Source: Planctomycetota bacterium | Lineage (GTDB): Bacteria; Planctomycetota; UBA1135; UBA2386 | Assembly: GCA_046290465.1 (NCBI GenBank) | Contig: JBKAGP010000001.1 | Coordinates: 3,040,001-3,104,000 of the forward strand | DNA: 64,000 nucleotides | Reading direction: 5' to 3' | Shown here: piece after piece, positions 51,574 to 60,258 of the stretch | Position numbering within the stretch: position 1 is the stretch's first letter | How the letters are laid out: the number at the start of each line of letters is the position of its first letter | Translations under genes and position numbers: made by a program | Notes under the pieces: generated by a model | Databases searched by the model: none | Told to the model about the DNA's origin: nothing | The model's input: only the letters and a program-made list of their open reading frames with translations

Positions 51574-54242
51574 GCGCCCGCAGCCCAGCCCTGGGCGTTC
51601 GTCTCGCGGTGATCGACCAGGTAGCTGTCGACGAACTCGTCCGAGCCCTGCCGCGCTGCCGCCTCCATCTCCGCCTGCACCTTCTTGGCCTTCTTGACGC
51701 GGCGCCGGTAGGCGTCCGAATCGAGGATCGCGGAGAACGGCTCGTCGATGCGGCCGGCGACCGCGTAGGCGCGCGCGCTCGAGCTCATCCGCCGGCGCAC
51801 GTCCGGGTCCATCAGCCGCTGCATCGCGGCCAGCAGGTCGTCCTCGTCGCGGCCGCGAACCTTGATGCCGGTCACGCCGTCGACCATCAGTTCGTGCGGC
51901 CCGCCCTTGTCCGAGACCACGACCGGCAGGCCGGACGCCTGCGCCTCGAGCGGCGCGTTGCCCCACGTGTCGGTCGTGCTCGGGAACAGCTTGACGTCCG
52001 CCGACGCGAACGCGGTCAGCAGGTCGTCGCCCTCGAGGAAGCCGGTGAACGTCGCCGGCATGCCGGCCAGCCGCTGCTGCAGCGCCTTGCGATACGGACC
52101 GTCGCCGACCACGCACAGGTGCGCGTCCGGGTGGGTCTGCAGCAGGCGCTCGAACGCCGACGCCATGATGTCGAGGTTCTTCTCGAGGCCGACGCGGCCG
52201 ACGTAGAGGAACCGGGTGCTGTGGTCGGTATCGGCGATGCCGTGCTGCTGCCAGAACGTCGCCGAGCGGCGCTCCGGCGTGAACCGTTCGGTGTCGACCC
52301 AGCGGTCGAGGATCAGCAGCTTGCGGTTGCGCAGGCCGCGCTCGTGCAGCAGCTTGGCGATGAACTTCGACGGCACCACGACCTCGTCCACCGAGTGGTA
52401 GAAGAGGATCATGTAGCGCCACGTCAGCGCCTCGAGGCTGATGTCGCGGGTGTAGTCCTCGACGTATTCGGGGAAGCTCGTGTGGTAGGTCGACGAGGTC
52501 TCGATCTGCAGCAGCTTGGCCGCCATCAGGCCGGCGACGCCGACGCTGCCCGGCGTGCTGATCTGCATCTTGGTGAAGCCGTTCTCCTGCAGCCACTTCA
52601 GCATCTCGAGGAACGGCGGCACGCGGACCTGCAGCCCCTGGTACTCGGGGAAGTCGAAGTTGATGATCGACCGGAAGATCTTCAGCTGCCCGTTGTCGAG
52701 GTAACCGCGCACGGCCGGATCGGCGACCGCCTCGTCGTATTCGCTCTCGCCGAGGCAGGTCACGACGGTGAAGTCGATGCCGCGGCGCTCGGCCTCGCCG
52801 ATCATGCGCTTGATGGTGCGCGCGACGCCGTTGATCTCGAAGAACGTGTCGGTCAGCAGCACCAGCTTGACCTTCTCCTCGATGCCGAAGCTCTTGTGCA
52901 CGTCGCGCACGATCGCGCGATCCGACGACTGGTGCAGGTAGGAGAACAGGTACGGCAGCGACACGAACAGGTTGGAGGACACCATCGCGACGGCCTCCTT
53001 GATCACCCGCACGATGTTGCCACCCGAGGCTGAGCGCAGGCGCGTGACGTAGCGCGTGAAGATGCAGTTCACCAGCGAGCTGACGACCTTGAAGATGCGA
53101 TCGTCGGTCTTGTCGAGCGCGGCCAGCTCCTGCTTGAACTTCTTGTCGCCGAGCAGATTGCGGGCCTCGCTCGCGAGGATGCGTTCGAACGGCTGGTCGG
53201 ACGCGTTGCGGCGGCGGCCGGCGCGCGCGTCGATCAGCTTGTGGAACCAGAGCTTGCCCTGGAAGGCGAGCTTCTGGCGCAGCTTCAGCGAGCCCGACTC
53301 GAACACGAACTTGAGCAGCGAGTTGATCGGCCCGCCCATGTTGACCAGCTGCTTGCCCTGCAGCTCCTTGCTCTTCACGCGGTGCCCGTCGTAGACGAGC
53401 TTGACCAGCGCATGGGCCAGCGTCACCGGGCCACCGTGCGCGCCGGCGGGCTGCGTCTCCCGGCGCCACAGCGCGTCGATCAGGTCGTTGGGCTGCGGCT
53501 CGCGGCCTTCGACCAGCGGGAACTCCGTCCAGGTCTGGCCCGGATTGATGCCGCAGTGGTCGTCCGAACCCGACACGACCGACTTGAGCCACGGCGTCTT
53601 GCCCTTGGGCAGGATGCCGTGCTTGTTGGCGAGGCGCTCGATCGTCTCGCGATCGAGCGACGTCACCAGGCGATGCGTGAACTCGTTGAGCGATCGGGTG
53701 CGGGTGCCGTTGCGGACCTCGATGCAGTTGAACAGCAGCAGCGCCTTCTCGATGTGCTCCGCGTTGAGCGCGCCCTCGCGACCGTAGGGACGGTTCTGCG
53801 TGCTCATCAGCGGGTGCGTCATGAAGTAGGCGATCCGGTTGCCGTCCGGCCGCTCGTCCTGCGCCGCGATCTGGGCATCGACGTAGTCGACCATCTCGTA
53901 GACGTTGCAGCGCAGCCGGTCGACCTCGCGGAACTGCTGCTCCGTCATGTTGGCCACCGTCACGTGCACGTTGCAGCCGTCCTCCGGGAAGGACGCGGTC
54001 ATCTCCGCGCTCATGAAGACGCCCGGCAGGCCGCGGTCCAACAGCTCCTTGACGCCGTCGACCGAGTTGTGGTCGGTCAGCGTGACGAGCGACATGCCCT
54101 GTCGCTTGAGCTGGTGGTACAGCGCCACCGGGTCCGAGTAGGACTCGGGAATCGCGAACGAGTTGGCCGCGTAGTAGTCGGTGACGTTGGAGGCGTAGGA
54201 GTGCAGGTGGAAGTCCACCTTGCCAGGGCGTCGGCCGGTCAT
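51570..54242 (-). CDS. PHP phosphoesterase domain + GT4 glycosyltransferase fusion
   Basis: PHP motifs DFHLHS, LTDHN, GSDDH; GT4 motifs INGVART, YVGRVGLEKNL, DTWGNAPLEAQASGLPVV. Confidence 0.88.
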   Translation of the reverse strand: MTGRRPGKVDFHLHSYASNVTDYYAANSFAIPESYSDPVALYHQLKRQGMSLVTLTDHNSVDGVKELLDRGLPGVFMSAEMTASFPEDGCNVHVTVANMTEQQFREVDRLRCNVYEMVDYVDAQIAAQDERPDGNRIAYFMTHPLMSTQNRPYGREGALNAEHIEKALLLFNCIEVRNGTRTRSLNEFTHRLVTSLDRETIERLANKHGILPKGKTPWLKSVVSGSDDHCGINPGQTWTEFPLVEGREPQPNDLIDALWRRETQPAGAHGGPVTLAHALVKLVYDGHRVKSKELQGKQLVNMGGPINSLLKFVFESGSLKLRQKLAFQGKLWFHKLIDARAGRRRNASDQPFERILASEARNLLGDKKFKQELAALDKTDDRIFKVVSSLVNCIFTRYVTRLRSASGGNIVRVIKEAVAMVSSNLFVSLPYLFSYLHQSSDRAIVRDVHKSFGIEEKVKLVLLTDTFFEINGVARTIKRMIGEAERRGIDFTVVTCLGESEYDEAVADPAVRGYLDNGQLKIFRSIINFDFPEYQGLQVRVPPFLEMLKWLQENGFTKMQISTPGSVGVAGLMAAKLLQIETSSTYHTSFPEYVEDYTRDISLEALTWRYMILFYHSVDEVVVPSKFIAKLLHERGLRNRKLLILDRWVDTERFTPERRSATFWQQHGIADTDHSTRFLYVGRVGLEKNLDIMASAFERLLQTHPDAHLCVVGDGPYRKALQQRLAGMPATFTGFLEGDDLLTAFASADVKLFPSTTDTWGNAPLEAQASGLPVVVSDKGGPHELMVDGVTGIKVRGRDEDDLLAAMQRLMDPDVRRRMSSSARAYAVAGRIDEPFSAILDSDAYRRRVKKAKKVQAEMEAAARQGSDEFVDSYLVDHRETNAQGWAAGA

Positions 54243-54465
54243 GTGTGGGTCCGAATGCACAGACCCCCCGTGTCCGGGCCCTGCACGAGATACCCCGGGA
54301 TACCGCCTGGGCCGGGGGTGCAGGACGTTCGTCGTCCGGGTCACAGGAATCTGCAGGATGAAGGATCCACTCGTTTGTTCAGAATCCGTGATGACGTCAT
54401 CAAGACTGTCGATCGGGGGACTCGATGCTTCCGCCGGTCCGCGGCCCGCCGTTACCTGATGCTCC

Positions 54466-55074
54466 ATGACGACGACGGCCACGACGGCGACCTCGCGCGG
54501 ACTGTTCTTCTTCAAGAGGTTCCTCAGCAACCCTCGCGAGGTCGGCGCCCTGTGTCCGAGCACGCGCCACCTGGCCGCCGCGATGGTGCGGGACCTCGAC
54601 CTCGCGGCCGAGGACGTGGTCGTCGAATACGGCGTCGGCACCGGCTCGTTCACCCCCACCATCGGCCGACTGGTCGAAGCGACGCCGTTCGCCCGCTACC
54701 TCGGCATCGAACGCGAACCCGGCTTCGTCGACATCCTGCGCGAGCGGTTCCCGCGGCTGGAATTCGCCAATGCCCAGGTCGAGCAGGTCGAGCAGTTGCT
54801 CCGAGACCACCACATGAAGGCGCCGCGCGCGGTCCTGTCGGGGCTGCCGCTGATCCTGCTGCCGACGATGGAGGAGATCGTGCGCACCACCGAGCGGGTG
54901 CTCGCGCCCGGCGGCGAGTTCCGCACGTTCAGCTACCTGCAGTCCTACCCGACGCGCGCCGCCGGCCGCCTGCGCCGCCTGATGAAGCAGACGTTCGCCG
55001 AGTTCACGATGAGCCGGCTGGTGCTGCGCAACTTCCCGCCCGCGTTCGTGCTGCGCGGCCGCAAGGCGGACTGA
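54466..55074 (+). CDS. PmtA-like phospholipid N-methyltransferase
   Basis: F...FLSNPREVGALCPST..LA, EYGVGTG.FT, SGLPL, NFPPAFV. Confidence 0.8.
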   Translation: MTTTATTATSRGLFFFKRFLSNPREVGALCPSTRHLAAAMVRDLDLAAEDVVVEYGVGTGSFTPTIGRLVEATPFARYLGIEREPGFVDILRERFPRLEFANAQVEQVEQLLRDHHMKAPRAVLSGLPLILLPTMEEIVRTTERVLAPGGEFRTFSYLQSYPTRAAGRLRRLMKQTFAEFTMSRLVLRNFPPAFVLRGRKAD

Positions 55075-55080
55075 CCGCGG

Positions 55081-55641
55081 CTACTTCTTGGCGGCCTTCT
55101 TGCTGGCTACGCTCTGCTTCGAAGCCTTGCGGGCGACGACCTTGTTGGCCGCCTGCTTCGACGACTGCGGCCGGCGCGATCCGCTGGTGCCGACCAGGTT
55201 GGCCTCGTAGGTGTGGATGTAGCGCGGCGACGGCATGCGTCGGATCGCCTCGGCGACGACCTCGAGCGGCACGTCCTCGATCTTCTTGAAGCGCACGCAG
55301 GCCTTGCCCATGTCGAGCTTCCGGCCGGTCGCCTTCCACGCCTTCTCGAACCACTGGACGTCGTCCTTGTCCATGTAGAGCCCCATCATGTAGAGCGACA
55401 TGTGGTTCTTCTGCGACGCCAGGCCCGCGTAGGGCAGCGGGATCTTCGGGTCGCAGTGGTAGCCGTCGGGGTAGGCCTCGTGCGACACGTGGTAGCCGAT
55501 CATGCCGTAGCTCATGATCTCGACGATGTCCTCGTCGACGTTGTCGCGGAACACCTTGCGCAGCTCCTCGAGCGCCGCGCGGCGGTCGGCCGGCAGCTCC
55601 TTCAGGTACTGGGCGACGGTCTTGGCCTTCGATTGCACCAT
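55081..55641 (-). CDS. DUF1801 domain protein
   Basis: TVAQYLKELPADRR, YGMIGY, ASQKNHMSLY, LDMGKACVRF. Confidence 0.88.
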   Translation of the reverse strand: MVQSKAKTVAQYLKELPADRRAALEELRKVFRDNVDEDIVEIMSYGMIGYHVSHEAYPDGYHCDPKIPLPYAGLASQKNHMSLYMMGLYMDKDDVQWFEKAWKATGRKLDMGKACVRFKKIEDVPLEVVAEAIRRMPSPRYIHTYEANLVGTSGSRRPQSSKQAANKVVARKASKQSVASKKAAKK

Positions 55642-55660
55642 GCGCGGATCGTAGCTGCGC

Positions 55661-57304
55661 TCAGTGCACGCGCACGCTCTTCGGCGCGGATCGGCCAAGG
55701 TTGCCCGCCGCATCGGTCGCCTCGACCACCAGCGTCAGGTCCGCGAGGCGCGCCGCCGGCACCTCGGCACGCCACAGGTACTCGCCGTACCACTGCAGCG
55801 GCAGGCGCCGCTCCTGCTGGCCGTCGCGCACCAGCAGGTCGACCCTGGTCCAGTCGTGCGGCATGCACGGGCTCTTGCGGTCGTGCACGCGCACGCGCAC
55901 GAGCACCCCGCCCTCGCGCGGCAGAGCATCGACGACGCCGACGAACGGCGCCGCGGTGTCCTTCGCGATCGCCTTGCCGAAGAAGACCTTGTCGGCCTCG
56001 GCGTTCTTGACCTCACCCTCGGCGTGCACGCAGTCCATGCGGCCGTCGCCGTCGAGGTCGGCGATCGCGAGGCCGAGCGTGGCGCGGGTGCGTTCGCCGT
56101 CGAACACCGGCGCGGCGGCGGCGAACGAGCCGGTGCCGTCGTTGACCAGCAGCCGGTCGACGCCGTTCAGCGAAGCGATCAGGAAGTCGGCATCGCCGTC
56201 CGAGTCGTAGTCGAGGAACGCGATCATGTTGTCGTCGAACCGCGGGTTGTCCGCCTCGGGCCAGGCCTGGTCGGTGGCGTCGACGAACCCGCCGGTGCCG
56301 TCGGCGCGGAACAGGTGCTCGGAGAACCGCCGCTTGCCGGCGCCGTCGTTGATCGTCACCAGGTCGAGGTAGCCGTCGCCGTCGACGTCCATCGGCTCGA
56401 ACTCGTAGTTGTTGGTGAACTGCGGCAGCCGGCTCGCGCTGACGTCGGTGAACACTCCGCTGCCGTCGTTGTGCAGCAGGAACGAGCCGCTCGAGCGCTT
56501 GCTGCTGACCAGCAGGTCGAGGTCGAAGTCGTTGTCGACGTCGACGAACTCGAGCTCCCAGCAGAAGCGCACGCGGATGTCGGGCACGTAGGTGTCGCTG
56601 ACGTCGACGAACCGGCCGCCGTCGTTGCGCCAGATCCGCGGGCGCGCGCCGTCGTTGCGCATCGGCGAGCCCGGCCCCCAGTCGGCCAGCACCAGGTCGA
56701 GGTCACCGTCGCCGTCGATGTCGCCCCACTCGACGTCCCCAACCGACAGCGGGATCTTGGGCAGCAGCAGGTCGGTCATGTCCTCGAAGCGACCGCCGCC
56801 GCGGCCGAGGTAGAGGCGGCTCTGCGTCTGGTAGGTCGTGCCGACGAACAGATCGCAGTGGCCGTCGCCGTCGATGTCGCGCGCCTTGACGACACGCGCG
56901 TAGAACGTGCGGTCGCCGAACACCGCCCGGGTGATCTCCGGCCAGCGCCGGTCGCCGAGGTTGCGGAACACGCGCGTCGGCACCGCGACCCCCGGCTTGT
57001 CGTAGTCCCCGCCGTTGGCGAACAGCACGTCGACGCGGCCGTCGCCGTCGAGATCCGCCAGTTCGACCTTGTTGGTCCATTCGGCGGTCTCGCCGATCGT
57101 CGCCGCAGTCACGTCGTGCCACAGGTCGTTGGGCAGCTGCAGCGAAGCCTGCCACTGCGGCCGGCGCCGCCGCTGCTGCGCACCCTGCTTCTGCGGGTCC
57201 TGCTGCTGCGGATCCTGCTGCTGGGGTTGCTGCGCCTCCTGCCCCAGCGCGACGCCGGCGAGCAGGAACAGCAGCGAGAACGACACCGGGCGGGAGCGGC
57301 TCAT
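55661..57304 (-). CDS. Secreted FG-GAP/VCBS repeat protein
   Basis: Signal peptide, Gln-rich linker, seven D(L/I/V)DGDG loops. Confidence 0.88.
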   Translation of the reverse strand: MSRSRPVSFSLLFLLAGVALGQEAQQPQQQDPQQQDPQKQGAQQRRRRPQWQASLQLPNDLWHDVTAATIGETAEWTNKVELADLDGDGRVDVLFANGGDYDKPGVAVPTRVFRNLGDRRWPEITRAVFGDRTFYARVVKARDIDGDGHCDLFVGTTYQTQSRLYLGRGGGRFEDMTDLLLPKIPLSVGDVEWGDIDGDGDLDLVLADWGPGSPMRNDGARPRIWRNDGGRFVDVSDTYVPDIRVRFCWELEFVDVDNDFDLDLLVSSKRSSGSFLLHNDGSGVFTDVSASRLPQFTNNYEFEPMDVDGDGYLDLVTINDGAGKRRFSEHLFRADGTGGFVDATDQAWPEADNPRFDDNMIAFLDYDSDGDADFLIASLNGVDRLLVNDGTGSFAAAAPVFDGERTRATLGLAIADLDGDGRMDCVHAEGEVKNAEADKVFFGKAIAKDTAAPFVGVVDALPREGGVLVRVRVHDRKSPCMPHDWTRVDLLVRDGQQERRLPLQWYGEYLWRAEVPAARLADLTLVVEATDAAGNLGRSAPKSVRVH

Positions 57305-57355
57305 ACGCGCCGGACTGTAGCAGACCGGCCGTGCCCATCGGCGCCCGCGCCGCGC

Positions 57356-58486
57356 TCAGACCACCAGCTCGAACTGCGCGTCGGCTATGACCTCGCCGTT
57401 GACGACCAGTTCGACCCGATGCACACCCGGGTAGTCGCGACGGGTCGTGACCTTGCGCAGCGAATGCCGCTTGTCGAGCGCGCGTCGCTCGCCGGCATCG
57501 AGCCGCAGCTTCCAGCCCTTCCACGTCTTGGCGCTGGTGGTGCCGTTCTTCTTGACGTGGTGCACGACGTAGTCGACGACCAGGTCCTGCGCCTGCCTGG
57601 CGCGCGACCGCAGGCCGACCTCGAGCGCCACCTCGCCGCCGACCGCGACGCGCGCCGGCCGGATCGCGAACGTCACCTCGCCGCGCAGCGGCCGCCCCAG
57701 CCCGAATGCGCGCAGCACCCGCTTGTCGCGCTGCTTGATCAGCGTGCGCGCCGCGTGCCGCAGCAGCCGCTGGCGCGTCGGCGGCGCGTCGGGAAGGTGT
57801 CGCTCGAGCCAGTCGGCGACGATCGCCGGGTGGTCCTTGGCGATGTCGTTGAGGTGGTTGGCGACGCTGCGACGCACGTATTCGCTGTCGTCGTCCTGCA
57901 GGTGTTCGAGCATCGGCAGGCACGGGCTCGGATCCTCGACCAGATGCTGCAGGCGGATGCCCCACGGCAGGCGCGGCCGCGTGCCCTCGCTGACCAGCCG
58001 CCGAACGTGCGCACTGCGATCCTCGAGCCAGCCCCGCAGCGTCGCCATCGTCACGTCGCGGTGCTCCACCAAGAACGGCCGGATCGCATACTCGGCCGTG
58101 TTGCGCTGCGTCATCGCGTGCAGGGCGCGCAGCGCCCGCTTCGGGTGCGCGAGGCCGCGACGCGCCACGAACTCGGTCATCGGCCAGACGATCCAGCCGG
58201 CCAGCCCGGCGTCGGACGGCACCAGCGCGCCGAGGTCGGTGTCGGTGCGCGCCGGCGCGAGCGACCGTTCGAGCACCGTCGCGGCGTCGCCGAACGACTC
58301 CGGCAGGCACTGGGCGAGCACGTCGGCGACGTGCACGACCCGCGCCTTCAGCTCCAGCTCGTCGAGCCCCGCGGTCGCCCGCCGCACGAACCGCTGCCGC
58401 GGAAACTCCGGCCAGGCGCGTTCGAGGTGCCGGCCCGCGGTGCGCAGCAGGTCGGGGTGGATCAGGTTTTTGAACGGCTCGGCCAT
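57356..58486 (-). CDS. DNA alkylation repair protein (AlkC-like)
   Basis: AEYAIRPFL, HVRRLVSEGTRPRLPW, YVRRSVANHLNDIAKDHP, TTRRDYPG. Confidence 0.88.
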   Translation of the reverse strand: MAEPFKNLIHPDLLRTAGRHLERAWPEFPRQRFVRRATAGLDELELKARVVHVADVLAQCLPESFGDAATVLERSLAPARTDTDLGALVPSDAGLAGWIVWPMTEFVARRGLAHPKRALRALHAMTQRNTAEYAIRPFLVEHRDVTMATLRGWLEDRSAHVRRLVSEGTRPRLPWGIRLQHLVEDPSPCLPMLEHLQDDDSEYVRRSVANHLNDIAKDHPAIVADWLERHLPDAPPTRQRLLRHAARTLIKQRDKRVLRAFGLGRPLRGEVTFAIRPARVAVGGEVALEVGLRSRARQAQDLVVDYVVHHVKKNGTTSAKTWKGWKLRLDAGERRALDKRHSLRKVTTRRDYPGVHRVELVVNGEVIADAQFELVV

Positions 58487-58552
58487 CGTCGCCGCATGAT
58501 GGCGCAGCATTCGGCGACAGGACAGAGCCGAGCGGCGGCTACAGTCGGCACC

Positions 58553-60217
58553 ATGATGTCACGCTGCGCCACGGTGATCCTCTCGGCCGCCTGCCTCCTG
58601 CCCGCCCAGCAAGCGGGATCGCACGATCGCACGCAGGCTCCGACCAAGGGCCTGCCCGAGGTCCAGCCCCACATCGTGATCGAGACGGTCGGCCCCGACG
58701 GCTGGCGCGCGCGACTCGGACCGACCAACCTCGGGGTGATGCTGGCGTCCGAGCAGGGGCGCGAGCTGTGGCAGCCGTCGCTGCGACCGCTGTTCGGCAT
58801 GTGGCAGTCGATCGCCGGCAGCGAGGAGGCCTACCAGCTGGCCAGCGAACGCCTGCTCGGCTACGGCGGCACGATCCGCGTCGCTGCGCACGTCAACGAA
58901 CGCAGCGCCGCCAACGTCGCGATCGTCTTCGACGGCGACCGCGACACCGACCTCGATGCAGTCGCCAAGGACGTGCGCCGCCTGATCGAAGGCCTGCTGC
59001 CCGGCGAGTGGCAGCAGCGCGAGGTCCGAGGCGGCGAACTGACCATCCGCAGCGACGGCCCCGACTTCGTCTCGGCCCCGCGCGTCGAGGGCGGCCGCCT
59101 GATGCTGCTGCTCGGCGACCGCGACAAGATCGACAACGCCGTCGGCCTCGGCGCCTGGCTCGCTGCGCGCCCCGCGACGCTGTCGACGCCCAAGCCCGGC
59201 AGCCCGGCCGCACGCCTGACGTTCGACCTGCCGCGGCTGATCTCGCTCGGCGACGGCGGTCGCGAACGGGCGATCCTGAAGGCGCTCGGCCTCGACGGCC
59301 TCCGGGAGTTGACGCTGACGCTGTCGGCGGCCGGACCGCGGGTGCAGTTCGGCGCCGACGTGCGCATCGAGGGCGCGCCGCGCGGCGTCGTGAAGGCGTT
59401 CCTGCCGACCAGCCAGGGCATCTCCGGGCTGGTCGCGCTGCTTCCGCAGAAGGTCAGCGCCGGCAAGGTCGGCCGCTTCGACCTGCATGCGCTCTATCAG
59501 GGCATCGTCGACGCACTCGAGGCGGACATCGCCGACGAGGACGTGCGCGAAGAGATCGAGCAGGAGCTCGGCCTCGACCCCGGCCCCGACATGCTCGCGC
59601 ACCTGACCGACGAGATGCTGGTCGTCGGCTCGCCGTTCCAGGACTTCGACCGGGCCAGCGAAGCCACCTGGATGCTCGCGTGGCGCGTGCGCGACGAGCC
59701 CAGGTTCGTCGCCGGTTTCGAGAAGCTGATGCGCGGCGCCAAGCCGGTCGTGCAGACCAGCGAGACCGTCGACGTCGACGGCGTCAAGCTGCGCCGCTAC
59801 GGCAACCCGTTCGGCTACGACCTGTGGATGGCCGCCGCCAACGGCGTCTGGGCGATCTCGGGGGGCCGCGACGCCGAGGAGGCGATCACCGCGCTGCTGA
59901 AGCAGGCCAAGGGCCAGCCGTTCGCGCCGCTCGCGGCGCCCGCCACCGGCTTCGACGGCCTCGCGCGCAACCTGCCGGCCGGCGTCAACGGCGTCGCCAC
60001 CGCCGACCTCGGCTCGATCGTCGGCATGCCGGTCGACTTCTGGCTCGAACTGCTGACCGAGGTGGTGCCGTTCCCGCTCGGCCCGGGCGGTGACGGCGAC
60101 CAGAGCGAGGAGCAGATGGAGGCGATGCGGGCGCTGCTGAAGCAGCACAACCTGACGCAGCTGCGCTCGGCGACCGGCTTCGCCGCCGACACCTGGCGCT
60201 GGCGCCTCTACTGGTAG
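58553..60217 (+). CDS. Secreted hypothetical protein
   Basis: ATG 58553; signal-like ILSAACLLPAQ; coding-like composition only from this point of the long ORF. Confidence 0.7.
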   Translation: MMSRCATVILSAACLLPAQQAGSHDRTQAPTKGLPEVQPHIVIETVGPDGWRARLGPTNLGVMLASEQGRELWQPSLRPLFGMWQSIAGSEEAYQLASERLLGYGGTIRVAAHVNERSAANVAIVFDGDRDTDLDAVAKDVRRLIEGLLPGEWQQREVRGGELTIRSDGPDFVSAPRVEGGRLMLLLGDRDKIDNAVGLGAWLAARPATLSTPKPGSPAARLTFDLPRLISLGDGGRERAILKALGLDGLRELTLTLSAAGPRVQFGADVRIEGAPRGVVKAFLPTSQGISGLVALLPQKVSAGKVGRFDLHALYQGIVDALEADIADEDVREEIEQELGLDPGPDMLAHLTDEMLVVGSPFQDFDRASEATWMLAWRVRDEPRFVAGFEKLMRGAKPVVQTSETVDVDGVKLRRYGNPFGYDLWMAAANGVWAISGGRDAEEAITALLKQAKGQPFAPLAAPATGFDGLARNLPAGVNGVATADLGSIVGMPVDFWLELLTEVVPFPLGPGGDGDQSEEQMEAMRALLKQHNLTQLRSATGFAADTWRWRLYW

Positions 60218-60258
60218 CCCGCGCCGACCAGCCGCGCCTCCCAGCCGCGAACCCCGGC

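Noticed and set aside
51574..53592. N-terminal extension of the aminotransferase ORF (1255 aa)
   Set aside because: Alternative frame of the PHP-GT4 gene; the real start is the coupled ATG at 51573.
57190..57240. CTG-rich repeat as a DNA element
   Set aside because: Encodes the QQPQQQDPQQQDPQ linker after a signal peptide.
55664..58552. First 963 codons of the 1517-aa ORF
   Set aside because: Antisense to the FG-GAP and alkylation-repair genes; credible protein begins at 58553.
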